45,584 nucleotides of DNA, taken from assembly GCA_045536565.1 (NCBI GenBank), contig JAZSNU010000019.1, positions 1-45,584 of the forward strand, in the 5' to 3' direction. The position numbers were made by a program, and so were the translations under genes. The notes under the pieces were generated by a model. The model had not been told where the DNA came from and ran no database searches. It worked only from the letters and a program-made list of their open reading frames with translations. This stretch comes from Clostridia bacterium (GTDB taxonomy: Bacteria; Bacillota; Clostridia; TANB77; CAG-465). Positions 1 through 9,424 of the stretch are shown piece after piece (the stretch's first letter is position 1; each line of letters opens with the position of its first letter).

Positions 1-46
1 CAAATATAAAAGAACCTATCCATAATGAATAGGTTCTTTCTATTTG
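1..46 (-). terminator. Intrinsic terminator-like hairpin downstream of fmt and the candidate pseudoknot RNA
   Basis: AAAGAACCTAT (9-19) / ATAGGTTCTTT (29-39), extended by CAAATA/TATTTG. An inner mismatch becomes a G-U pair only on the minus strand. Confidence 0.7.
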
Positions 47-125
47 TCCACCTGCACATTTATTTTTCGCAAGCAGGGTTGCGAATAACATTTGAAACAT
101 GATACAAATTGTATCACTAATATTA
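47..125 (-). ncRNA. Candidate small structured RNA with an H-type pseudoknot
   Basis: Minus-strand stem UUCGCAA/UUGCGAA (85-66) has loop CCCUGC, complementary to GCAGG (55-51) after a 10-nt A-rich linker. It lies between a promoter-like site and a terminator. Confidence 0.4.
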
Positions 126-130
126 TATAT

Positions 131-160
131 ATAATACATTATATTATTTATAAAAGTCAA
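131..160 (-). promoter_or_regulatory. Putative sigma-A promoter
   Basis: TTGACT-18 nt-TATTAT just downstream of the fmt stop. The AT-rich background lowers specificity. Confidence 0.4.
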
Positions 161-174
161 TAGTTAATATATGT

Positions 175-1167
175 TTACTTAAATATTTCACCAATCTTAA
201 CTTTATTTCCTCTGATATATTCACCAACAAGCATTCTTTTAGAATTCTTTGGTTTTATATCATATAAATTTACATAGCCATCTTTGCAACGAATAGACAT
301 AATGTTCTTTTTGTCATTTAGATAAACTATTTGACCAATTTCGTAATAATTTGCTATATCTACATCCTCTATTTGTTCTATTTCTTCCTCAGTAACATAT
401 TCTGCTCCGTATACTTTGTATGTTCTATCTTCGTCTATCATACACCAGCTAGTTGGCATAGGGCTTAATCCTCTTACTAAGTTCACAATCTCTTTACCTG
501 TTTTTTTAAAGTCTATCTTCATTGTTTCTTTATCTATCATTGGTGCTATTGTATATTCACCTTGTTGTTTTTCCCTAGGAAGATTACCATCTAGTTCAAT
601 AAGTTTTTCTAATGTTTTCTTTAATGTCACACTACCTAATATTGCCATTTTATCATGTATTGTTCCGTATGTATCATCTTTTTCAATAGGTAATTCAGTT
701 TTGTATATCATATCACCAGTATCCATGCCCTTATCCATATACATAGTTGTAATACCTGTTTCCTCTTCTCCATTAATAATCGCCCATTGGATAGGAGCTG
801 CCCCTCTATATTTTGGAAGAAGTGAGCCATGTACATTAATACAGCCATACTTTGGAAGATTCAATATTTCTTCTGGAAGTATCTTGCCATAAGCCACAAC
901 TATTATTAGATTAGGATTTATTTCATTTAATATATCCATTACTTCTTGGTTATTTTTTACTTTTTCAGGTTGATATACTGGTATATTATTCTCTTGTGCA
1001 TATTCCTTTACAGGTGGAGGTGTAAGTTTCATGCCTCTTCCTGATGGTCTATCTGGCTGACAGAATACACCTACTACATTATATTTATTTTCGATTAGTT
1101 CTTCCAAAGATTTCTTAGCAAATTCAGGTGTTCCCATAAATACTATTTTTAAATCTTCTTTTTTCAT
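175..1167 (-). CDS. fmt: Methionyl-tRNA formyltransferase
   Basis: IVFMGTPEFA, QPDRPSGRG, INVHGSLLPKYRGAAPIQWAI and MDKGMDTGD motifs; follows def. Confidence 0.97.
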   Translation of the reverse strand: MKKEDLKIVFMGTPEFAKKSLEELIENKYNVVGVFCQPDRPSGRGMKLTPPPVKEYAQENNIPVYQPEKVKNNQEVMDILNEINPNLIIVVAYGKILPEEILNLPKYGCINVHGSLLPKYRGAAPIQWAIINGEEETGITTMYMDKGMDTGDMIYKTELPIEKDDTYGTIHDKMAILGSVTLKKTLEKLIELDGNLPREKQQGEYTIAPMIDKETMKIDFKKTGKEIVNLVRGLSPMPTSWCMIDEDRTYKVYGAEYVTEEEIEQIEDVDIANYYEIGQIVYLNDKKNIMSIRCKDGYVNLYDIKPKNSKRMLVGEYIRGNKVKIGEIFK

Positions 1168-1189
1168 ATATTTCCTCCTATGCTAATTA

Positions 1190-1732
1190 TTATTTTCTTT
1201 TACTCTTTTTGTTGTTCTTCTTTTTATTTTTTTCAGCATCTTTTTTGCTTTCTTCTTTTGCTTTTGCTATTTCTTCATCAGTTGCAGTATACAAATCATA
1301 GGCTTTATCTAAGAAAAGCACTCCGTCTAAATGGTCTATTTCATGACATAGAACAATAGCTTCTAGTTCTTTTGCCTTAACAGATACTTCTTGTCCTTCT
1401 AAATCATATGCTTTTACATGTAAATTAGCAGGTCTATCTACCATACCAAACACATTAGGAGAGCTTAAACATCCTTCCTCTCCTGATTGCTTACCGCTAG
1501 ATTTAGTAATGACTGGATTTATCATTACCTTTGGACCTTCTCCTACATCATAAACTATTATTCTCTTTAATATTCCTACCTGTGGTGCAGCTAGTCCTAC
1601 TCCATCATTTTTATACATAGTATCTAGCATGTCCAATACTAATTCCCTTATTTTATTATCTATGCTATCTACTTCTTTTGATCTTTTTCTAAGCAATTCA
1701 TCTTTATCATTTCGTATATTTCTAATTGCCAT
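1190..1732 (-). CDS. def: Peptide deformylase
   Basis: GVGLAAPQVG, EGCLS and HEIDHLDG motifs. Confidence 0.97.
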   Translation of the reverse strand: MAIRNIRNDKDELLRKRSKEVDSIDNKIRELVLDMLDTMYKNDGVGLAAPQVGILKRIIVYDVGEGPKVMINPVITKSSGKQSGEEGCLSSPNVFGMVDRPANLHVKAYDLEGQEVSVKAKELEAIVLCHEIDHLDGVLFLDKAYDLYTATDEEIAKAKEESKKDAEKNKKKNNKKSKRK

Positions 1733-1744
1733 ATTTAATTCCCC

Positions 1745-3988
1745 CTATCCAATATATGTTGGATTTCTTGTTATACTAACTTTAATCTTTTTCCCTTTTA
1801 TTTTATCATATTTTTCCAAATTTTCATATACTAATTTAAGTAATTTGTCTGAAACATTAAGTTTTAATAATAGATGTACTCTGTATTTGTTATTTATTTT
1901 CTGTATAAAAGGCATCTTTGGTGAATATATAGTATACAACTTGTCCTTGTTATTATCATTAAATACATTATATAACTTGGTACTTTCTTTCATTACATCT
2001 TGTTTAAATTCACTTGTAAGTTCAATAAGTAGCATATCTGAGAAAGGTGGGTACTTAAACATTTCCCTATATTCTATTTCCTTGTTATAGAAATCAATAT
2101 AGCTGTTGTTTTTTACACAGTCAAGTACATAAGACTCTGTATCATATGCTTGAAGAATAACTCTACCTTTTTTACTTCCTCTTCCGGCTCTTCCTGATAC
2201 TTGAAGTAGGTTTTGAAAAGCCCTCTGTGTCATTAAAAAGTCGTTTCCTGCAAATGTGCTATCTACATTTATAACGCCAACAAGAGTAACATTTTCTATG
2301 TCATGACCTTTACTTATCATTTGAGTTCCGACAAGAATATCTGCTTTTCCCTCTTTAAACTCATCAAGTAATTTTTCATGCATTCCTCTTTTTATAGTTG
2401 TATCCATATCCATTCTAAGAACTTTTGCCTCAGGAAACATTTCAGCTAACATTTCCTCTATATTTTGTGTACCTGAACTTCCTAGTCTTAGTTTATCAGA
2501 GCCGCATTTTGGACATTCGTTAACATTTTTATGTACAAACGAACAATAATGACATAATAGTAAATTAGATTTCTTATGGTATGTTAGATTAACATCACAA
2601 TTTATACATTTTAATATGCAGCCACATTCCTGACATGTAACATACGAAGAATATCCTCTACGGTTTATAAACAGGAAGGTTTGCTCATGCCTTTTTAAAT
2701 TTTCTGCTATTTCTTCTTTTAGTCTTGCACTAAACACTTTATTGCCTAAAACTATTTCTTCTTTCATATCAACTACATGTATATCAGGATTTTGTATTTC
2801 TTTTGGCCTTTTTGTGAGTTCATATAAATCTATCTTGCCGCTTTCTGCCCTATACATAGTACTTACATCTGGTGTAGCAGAACCTAGCATTAGACATGCA
2901 CTATGCATATTTGCCAAATATTCTGCTACTTCTCTTGTAATATATTTAGGTGTTGTTTGAGAAGAATAGCTTGCATCATGTTCCTCATCTATAATTATAA
3001 GTCCTAGATTATCAAATGGTACAAATAATGCTGACCTTGGACCTACTACTATTTGTACTTTCTTGTCTAGTATTTTCTTCCATTCTTTTTTTCTTTCAGA
3101 AATTGTCATTTTACTATGAATAACTGACACTATATCTCCAAACCTGGAAATAAAACGCTGTTTTGTTTGATGTGTTAGAGCAATCTCAGGAACAAGAACA
3201 ATAGCTTGTCTTCCTAAACTTAAACATTTCTCTATAACTTGAAGATATACTTCTGTTTTGCCACTACCTGTTACCCCATATAGCAAGGATTCATTGTATA
3301 TGTTTTCTTCTAGTTTTTTTGAGACACTATCTATAACATATTGTTGTTCATCTGTTGCTATTAGTTTTTGAGTTGGTATATAGTCTGTTTCTTTTTCATC
3401 TTCTTTTGGCATATCATATATTTCAATATAGCCATTTTTTTCTGCTGTTTTAACTACTGCTCTTGATATTCCAAGTCCGTTTATTATGTCTGGTAAAGAG
3501 GTATTGTCATAATCAATTAAAAACCTTAACAACTTAATTTGCTTAGGACTTGATATTTTTTCATACTCTATATCTTCTAAAATTTCCTCATGCGATTTTA
3601 GAAGCTTTACCATTTTTATCATTTTACCATTTAAATCTTTATTTTTATCTATTCCATGAGTCCCCGGTGGAAGCATGAGTTTTAGAGCATCATATACATT
3701 GCAAAAATACATTTTAGATATCCATTTACCTAGTTTTAATCTTTTACTATCTAAATAACTTTCAGTATCTAAAACCTCAACTATGCTTTTTAACTTTCTT
3801 CCGGTGTTTGCAGTTTCATTTTCTAACTTTACTACTATGCCTTCAATCTCTCTACCTTTACCACCACCAAAATTAACACTTACTCTCATACCTATTTTAA
3901 GTATATTTTCCATTTCTTTTGGCACCAGATAATCATATACTCTATTTAATTTTTTAACTGACATATCAATTAAAACCTTCGCTACCAT
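1745..3988 (-). CDS. priA: Primosomal protein N' (replication restart helicase)
   Basis: GVTGSGKTEVY, DEEHD, CxxC zinc cluster region, QVSGRAGR. Confidence 0.97.
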   Translation of the reverse strand: MVAKVLIDMSVKKLNRVYDYLVPKEMENILKIGMRVSVNFGGGKGREIEGIVVKLENETANTGRKLKSIVEVLDTESYLDSKRLKLGKWISKMYFCNVYDALKLMLPPGTHGIDKNKDLNGKMIKMVKLLKSHEEILEDIEYEKISSPKQIKLLRFLIDYDNTSLPDIINGLGISRAVVKTAEKNGYIEIYDMPKEDEKETDYIPTQKLIATDEQQYVIDSVSKKLEENIYNESLLYGVTGSGKTEVYLQVIEKCLSLGRQAIVLVPEIALTHQTKQRFISRFGDIVSVIHSKMTISERKKEWKKILDKKVQIVVGPRSALFVPFDNLGLIIIDEEHDASYSSQTTPKYITREVAEYLANMHSACLMLGSATPDVSTMYRAESGKIDLYELTKRPKEIQNPDIHVVDMKEEIVLGNKVFSARLKEEIAENLKRHEQTFLFINRRGYSSYVTCQECGCILKCINCDVNLTYHKKSNLLLCHYCSFVHKNVNECPKCGSDKLRLGSSGTQNIEEMLAEMFPEAKVLRMDMDTTIKRGMHEKLLDEFKEGKADILVGTQMISKGHDIENVTLVGVINVDSTFAGNDFLMTQRAFQNLLQVSGRAGRGSKKGRVILQAYDTESYVLDCVKNNSYIDFYNKEIEYREMFKYPPFSDMLLIELTSEFKQDVMKESTKLYNVFNDNNKDKLYTIYSPKMPFIQKINNKYRVHLLLKLNVSDKLLKLVYENLEKYDKIKGKKIKVSITRNPTYIG

Positions 3989-4026
3989 TATTACCCCCGT
4001 TTAGAAAAAAAGGAACTAGCAAAAGG

Positions 4027-4599
4027 CTAATCCCTATCTTTTTGTAACCATTCTTTATATTTTTCAATTATCATATTGGATATTTCTTCTGTTGATAGAT
4101 TTGTAGAATCAATTACTAAATCATAGTTGCTATCATCTAGTATGTCTATTCCATACTCTTTTTTGTATCTATCTTTTTCATAATTTTGTCTTTTAATAAT
4201 TGCAATCTTAGCCTCATCTGTTGTGCTGTATTTATCTTCTATATTTCTATTTCTAGAATCTAATACCAGTCTTTTAGCCGCTGTTTCTAAATCTACTTTT
4301 ATAAATACTTTAAATGCATTTTTTTCAAAGAACCAAGCAAGTCTAGAATCTACAATCAGATTATCATGATTTTTTAAATATTCTTGCATTGCACTATCTA
4401 TTGCTTTATCTATTTCTGGATTTTCTTCTATGAATGCATTAAAAGTTGCAATGTCCATGTTGTGTGTTCTGGCAAGCTCTCTAAAACGCTGACTTACAAA
4501 ATAAGTGCCCATACCTAGTTTTTTTGCTATTCTGCTTACAACAATAGATTTTCCACCAGCAATATTTCCGGTAATTGCAATTATTTGTTTCTTATCCAT
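4027..4599 (-). CDS. Cytidylate kinase-like NMP kinase, archaeal-type family
   Basis: N-terminal P-loop ITGNIAGGKS; FRELA, NPEIDKAID, DSRLA and RYKKEYGID...YDLVID motifs resemble archaeal-type (d)CMP kinases. Confidence 0.75.
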   Translation of the reverse strand: MDKKQIIAITGNIAGGKSIVVSRIAKKLGMGTYFVSQRFRELARTHNMDIATFNAFIEENPEIDKAIDSAMQEYLKNHDNLIVDSRLAWFFEKNAFKVFIKVDLETAAKRLVLDSRNRNIEDKYSTTDEAKIAIIKRQNYEKDRYKKEYGIDILDDSNYDLVIDSTNLSTEEISNMIIEKYKEWLQKDRD

Positions 4600-4604
4600 A
4601 CATC

Positions 4605-4799
4605 TTACTCCTTGACAATTGAAACCTTTCCTTCTTCCATTTCAGTTGCTGCTTTATCAACAGCGTCTTTAATATCAGGATCTCCTTCTTCTAATCTGTT
4701 CTTAGATATTTGTCTTGCTCTTTTTGCTACTGCAAGAGCTACTTCATATCTACTATCTCCTTTGTCTATTAATTCACTTACATTTGGTTTTGATAACAT
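4605..4799 (-). CDS. rpoZ: RNA polymerase omega subunit
   Basis: SRYEVALAVAKRARQI motif, 64 aa, upstream of priA. Confidence 0.92.
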   Translation of the reverse strand: MLSKPNVSELIDKGDSRYEVALAVAKRARQISKNRLEEGDPDIKDAVDKAATEMEEGKVSIVKE

Positions 4800-4915
4800 A
4801 AATTCCTCCTAAATTAATATTTATTACTAATATATATTATCACAAGATACTGCCTTATGCAAGAATTAACAAGTATATTTTGGATATATATTTATCAAAT
4901 TATACAATAAAAGAA

Positions 4916-4946
4916 AAATAGCAAAGATATATAATCTCTGCTATTT
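4916..4946 (-). terminator. Intrinsic terminator
   Basis: Minus-strand AAATAGCAGAGAT/ATCTTTGCTATTT hairpin followed by a U-run. Confidence 0.6.
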
Positions 4947-5130
4947 ACATGTTTTACTACTCTTCGCTTTCCATTATTAGTTTTAATCTCCATCTTCATA
5001 TTTGAATTGACTGAACAGAACGCTGAATTTTATCTGATAATTCCGCATCTGTCATTTTATGTTCTAACACTTTTTTCTCTGCTTCATGTTTTGCTGTTTT
5101 CCCGTAATATTTTTTCTTTCCTTATTAAGT

Positions 5131-5164
5131 AAACAAGATTTACATAAAAATGCAAATCTTGTTT
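5131..5164 (-). terminator. Terminator of the clpX-like gene
   Basis: AAACAAGATTT/AAATCTTGTTT inverted repeat 10 nt after the stop. Confidence 0.65.
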
Positions 5165-5173
5165 TTAAAATCG

Positions 5174-6496
5174 TTATGTTATAATAAATTTTGTATTATC
5201 ATATACTATTTCATCTAATAATTCACAACTTGAATATTTATCTATTCCTCCATTAGATAATTTATATAGTATATGTTCAAAAATATTATTAACAACATTT
5301 GAAAGTTCTCTTGCACCCGTTCCCATCTTTATAGTTTTTTCTGCTATTAAATTAAGTAAATTATCACTATATCTTAATTCAATACCATTTTTTGATAAAA
5401 CATTTTCATACTTTTTAAGTGCAGATAGTTTGGAAGTTTTAAGTATTCCTACAAGTATTTCTGCTGTTATATCATTTAGTTCAACAATAGTATCTATTCT
5501 ACCTATAAACTCTTGTGTCATACCATAGTTTGAAATATCTTGCTTAGTATATTTCCCTATATCAGAATATTTCTTCTCATTAGTCACAGATGAAAAACCG
5601 ATTTTTTTACCATTTGAATTCATCTTTTTTATCTCATCCATTTTAGAGAATGCACCCATAAAAAAGACTTTTAGGTTAGATGTATCAAAATCAACTTCCT
5701 TACATGTAACCGGATTTCTAATTTTAAGTTTTGTACCTTCGACTATTTTAAGGAGACTATTTAACACCCCTTGTCCGCTTATGTCTCTTCCTACAATTTC
5801 TCCTGCTGTTGCTTTTTTGTCTATTTCGTCAATTATTAGCATACCTCGGCTTGCTAAATCAATGTCTCCATTTGCATTTTCTATCAGGTTATATATCATT
5901 GTTTCTACATCTTCACCGACATACCCTGCTTCTGTATACGAATTTGCATCCTCAATAGTATATGGAATACCTAAAAGTTTTGCTATTTGAATCATTGTTT
6001 CTGTTTTACCGGTACCTGTTTTGCCAATAACAAGAACATTAGACTTTAAATCGTCAGATAAATTACTTCTGTATATAGATACTAAGATTTTACGAACTGC
6101 TTCATCTTGACCTATAATATATTTTTTTACTTCCTCTTCCAACTCCTCCAAGCTAGGCATTTTAAATGCTTTTTGTTCCTTTTCTTCGCCGGCTTCTTTA
6201 TTATCGTTTTTAGATTTTGAAAGTATATCTTGTTTATACATTTCGTATATAGGATTATAATTATTCTTTCTTTTTTCAAGAGCAGTATGTGCATTTTCAT
6301 AATCATAATCTGATTTTTTCATTATCATGTCTTCTTCGGTATCTGCTAATTCTTCGATACAAAAGCAACATAAATCTAGTAGCTTATCTGGCAAAATAAA
6401 AGGATCTTCCATGTTTTGAATACCAACTGGTGCTTCGATACCGCATCTTTGACATTTTGCGGTAACTATGTTGTCTTTATAAATATTATTACCCAT
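5174..6496 (-). CDS. Divergent orphan ClpX-like AAA+ ATPase
   Basis: YIIGQDEA, Walker A GKTGTGKT, pore loop GYVG, Walker B IIDEIDK, RDISGQGV, IGF loop, EFIGRI, GAREL; N-terminal CQRC...CCFC. Confidence 0.85.
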   Translation of the reverse strand: MGNNIYKDNIVTAKCQRCGIEAPVGIQNMEDPFILPDKLLDLCCFCIEELADTEEDMIMKKSDYDYENAHTALEKRKNNYNPIYEMYKQDILSKSKNDNKEAGEEKEQKAFKMPSLEELEEEVKKYIIGQDEAVRKILVSIYRSNLSDDLKSNVLVIGKTGTGKTETMIQIAKLLGIPYTIEDANSYTEAGYVGEDVETMIYNLIENANGDIDLASRGMLIIDEIDKKATAGEIVGRDISGQGVLNSLLKIVEGTKLKIRNPVTCKEVDFDTSNLKVFFMGAFSKMDEIKKMNSNGKKIGFSSVTNEKKYSDIGKYTKQDISNYGMTQEFIGRIDTIVELNDITAEILVGILKTSKLSALKKYENVLSKNGIELRYSDNLLNLIAEKTIKMGTGARELSNVVNNIFEHILYKLSNGGIDKYSSCELLDEIVYDNTKFIIT

Positions 6497-6541
6497 ATCA
6501 ATACCTCCTAAATTTTTATTTGGCTTAATTTGTTTTGATAG

Positions 6542-6570
6542 AGTATATCATAAAATCACTTGTTTTTCAA
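6542..6570 (-). promoter_or_regulatory. Sigma-A promoter of the clpX-like gene
   Basis: TTGAAA-17-TATACT with extended -10 TG. Confidence 0.6.
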
Positions 6571-6590
6571 CGATATTAAACAACAATAAA

Positions 6591-6610
6591 GGCTATATTC
6601 TCATATAGCC
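6591..6610 (-). terminator. Terminator-like hairpin after the methyltransferase gene
   Basis: GGCTATAT/ATATAGCC stem, U-rich tail on the minus strand. Confidence 0.55.
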
Positions 6611-6664
6611 CTATAATTTTATTTTTTATTCATAATCTGTTTTAGATTAAACTATTGTTAGCTA

Positions 6665-7555
6665 TTATATTTCCCACTTAGTTGTTATTCCACATGGAAG
6701 TACATAATTACTATCTTTCATTTTAATTCCAATTTCATCTGTTATTACTTTTGATGTTTTTAACATATCTTTTCTTTTTTGTTCTAATATCATTGTAAGT
6801 AGGTTTGAAATAATTGTTCCTGATAAACCTCCTGTATATGTATTTATAGCAAACATAATTGGGTTATTAGATAATAGCTCTACACATAAATCAACTAATT
6901 CATAAAGATTCTTTTCAATACTCCAAACCTCTCCATTTGCACCCCTACCATAACTAGGAGGATCCATAATTATAATATCATATTTATTCCCTCTTCTTAT
7001 TTCTCTTTTAACAAATTTTATTACATCATCTACTATAAATCTAACTGGTTTATCTTTAAGTCCTGATGAAACAATATTTTCTTTTGCCCATGCAATCATG
7101 CCTTTTGAAGAATCAACATGACAAACGCTTGCACCTGCATAACTACATGCAACTGTTGCTCCACCTGTATATGCAAATAGGTTTAATACCTTTATTTCTT
7201 CTTTTCTTTTTGTTTTCTCGCTTTGTATTTTTTCTATCATATTATCCCAGTTAACTGCATGTTCTGGAAAAAGACCAGTATGTTTAAATCCCATTGGTTT
7301 TATATTAAATGTTAATTCTTTATACTTAATTTGCCAGTCTTTATTTAAGCCTTTTAGCATTTCCCAATGTCCGCCACCAGTATTGCTCCTTATATACCTT
7401 GCATTTGCTTTTTTCCATAATTCTGGTTTTGTTTTTTTCTGCCATATTACTTGCGGGTCAGGTCTAATTAATAAATATTCTCCCCATTTTTCTAGTTTTT
7501 CGCCAGAGGCCATATCTAAAAGTTCATAATCTTTAAAATCTTTTGAATATTGCAT
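6665..7555 (-). CDS. Class I SAM-dependent methyltransferase (RlmI/YwbD-related, likely rRNA)
   Basis: KHTGLFPEH, VLNLFAYTGG, HVDSS and DPPSYGRG motifs. Confidence 0.85.
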   Translation of the reverse strand: MQYSKDFKDYELLDMASGEKLEKWGEYLLIRPDPQVIWQKKTKPELWKKANARYIRSNTGGGHWEMLKGLNKDWQIKYKELTFNIKPMGFKHTGLFPEHAVNWDNMIEKIQSEKTKRKEEIKVLNLFAYTGGATVACSYAGASVCHVDSSKGMIAWAKENIVSSGLKDKPVRFIVDDVIKFVKREIRRGNKYDIIIMDPPSYGRGANGEVWSIEKNLYELVDLCVELLSNNPIMFAINTYTGGLSGTIISNLLTMILEQKRKDMLKTSKVITDEIGIKMKDSNYVLPCGITTKWEI

Positions 7556-7596
7556 AATAAATTCTCCCTTTTCATAAAATTCTTATAGGTGTCAAA

Positions 7597-8763
7597 ATGA
7601 ATATATATTCTTTTTATATAAATAAAAAAAATAAATTTATACAAAATATATTACTATTTTTTATGATAACTATTTTATCATATTTTCTTGTATTTTCAAA
7701 TACTAACTTTAAAATAATGTCAGATATTATTGAAGTCTTTATTAATATATTACTCCCTTCTTTATTTCCTTATATATTGCTTAGTAACATACTTAGCAAT
7801 TCTGGATGTTTTGAACTGATTGCTACTTCAAAACTTAATGTACTTATCCAAAAAATATTTAAAACAAGCAGCTATGGCGCCTCGGCAATAATATTTGGCT
7901 TTTTATTTGGTTATCCAAATGGAGCAAAGTATGTAAATGATTTATATAGTAAAAAGAAGATTAGTTATAAAGAGGGTGAATATTTATTACTGTTTGTAAA
8001 TAATGCAAGTCCCACATTTATATTATCTAGTGTAGGAATAGGTATGTTTAAAAATATACGAATAGGTATTTTATTATTATTAATACACATTATCTCCTCT
8101 GTTATAATAGGCATATTATATAGTTGCAAATATAAATTATATTGTAAATTAAAAAAAGAAAATGTACATATAGATAATAACTATAATAATTGTGTTAATA
8201 CTCTAAATTTATCATTTAATACGATATATGAGTCAATCTCAAAATCACTTATAACAATGGGTATAATATTTGGTTTTATGACTATATTCATACTACTACA
8301 TAATTACCTAATAACATTAATTAATATAAACAAAACTGTATCTATTTGTTTATTACCTTTTATGGAAATATCAAGTGGATTAAAACAAATATCCTACTTA
8401 AATATAGATCTAAATATACTTTTAACATTAACATCATTGTTTTTAGGATTTAGTTCTTTATCGATAATATTACAACTTTTTTCTTGTATCTATACAAGTA
8501 ACTTTAAATTAAAAATATTGATAAAAGGAAAATTGTTACATGGTATATTATCTTGTATTATTACATATATTTTAGTAAATATTCCAATAGTATATCAATA
8601 TATTAATACATCAAAAACAGTAAATAATACTATTGATAAAACTTTTAATGCTAATACTTTATATACAAATCACATATTCATATCTTTGCTTATATTTTTA
8701 GTACTATCTTTTTTTACATACATCTTTGTTATATTAAAAAGAAAACGACTAACTAACTGTTAA
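7597..8763 (+). CDS. ylbJ: Sporulation integral membrane protein YlbJ-like
   Basis: LPSLFPY, GYPNGAK, NNASPTFI and EISSG motifs; multiple hydrophobic segments; SigE-like GCATAAT-14-CATAAAAT upstream (7552-7580). Confidence 0.75.
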   Translation: MNIYSFYINKKNKFIQNILLFFMITILSYFLVFSNTNFKIMSDIIEVFINILLPSLFPYILLSNILSNSGCFELIATSKLNVLIQKIFKTSSYGASAIIFGFLFGYPNGAKYVNDLYSKKKISYKEGEYLLLFVNNASPTFILSSVGIGMFKNIRIGILLLLIHIISSVIIGILYSCKYKLYCKLKKENVHIDNNYNNCVNTLNLSFNTIYESISKSLITMGIIFGFMTIFILLHNYLITLININKTVSICLLPFMEISSGLKQISYLNIDLNILLTLTSLFLGFSSLSIILQLFSCIYTSNFKLKILIKGKLLHGILSCIITYILVNIPIVYQYINTSKTVNNTIDKTFNANTLYTNHIFISLLIFLVLSFFTYIFVILKRKRLTNC

Positions 8764-8854
8764 TCGTTTTAAAAGGGGGATAATGTTTTAATATGAGGTT
8801 ATGTATATATTATGTTTAAATTTTTTCTAATTATACATTTTAGGAGGTGTTTTT

Positions 8855-9079
8855 ATGGAAAACAAACCATTTTTTGATCCATACAACTTTAACAATAATA
8901 TGATGCAAAATGCAAATCAGCAAATTCCAAATGATGATAATTCTTTTATGCCTAACATGGGAATTGATCCTACAATGTTTTACCAACAACAATTTTGGTA
9001 TTATAGTTATTTAACAAAAATGTTAGAATACAAAATAAAATTAAAAGAATATGAAAATATGAATAAACAAAAGAATTAA
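8855..9079 (+). CDS. Small Asn/Gln/Met-rich hypothetical protein, possibly sporulation-related
   Basis: Strong SD AGGAGGTG, 74 aa, followed by a terminator. Confidence 0.7.
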   Translation: MENKPFFDPYNFNNNMMQNANQQIPNDDNSFMPNMGIDPTMFYQQQFWYYSYLTKMLEYKIKLKEYENMNKQKN

Positions 9080-9092
9080 TTAAATATGTTAA

Positions 9093-9123
9093 AAAGATGT
9101 GATTAAAATTTAACCACATCTTT
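9093..9123. terminator. Bidirectional terminator
   Basis: AAAGATGTG/CACATCTTT inverted repeat between convergent genes. Confidence 0.65.
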
Positions 9124-9129
9124 AATTTA

Positions 9130-9345
9130 CTATTCTACTTTAAGAAAATCATTAATACTCTTTTCAAATGTTTCATCTGTTGTAAAGTCAAAAGTTGCTA
9201 TATTTTCTTTTTCAAGTGCTCTTGCCACTTTTTTTGCTTTATCTAGAAGAGTACTATTATCTTTCATTTCAAGTTTGTTTACTATCATCAGTCCATTTAT
9301 TTCTGTTAAAAGCTTTATTAAATCTAATTTTTCGTCACTACTCAT
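9130..9345 (-). CDS. Hypothetical protein (71 aa, start MSSDEK)
   Basis: SD GGAGGT before ATG at 9345; own promoter TTGACT-17-TATAAT overlapping the upstream gene's stop. Confidence 0.65.
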   Translation of the reverse strand: MSSDEKLDLIKLLTEINGLMIVNKLEMKDNSTLLDKAKKVARALEKENIATFDFTTDETFEKSINDFLKVE

Positions 9346-9424
9346 AAGAACCTCCACTATATATATTAATATTATTTGCATAAAATTTACTACACAACTA
9401 TTATACCACACTAGTTTACATAAG

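Noticed and set aside
60-90. preQ1-I riboswitch, suggested by UUCGCAACC and queH in the window
   Set aside because: The P1 stem and the 3' AAAAAACUA tail of preQ1-I are not present.
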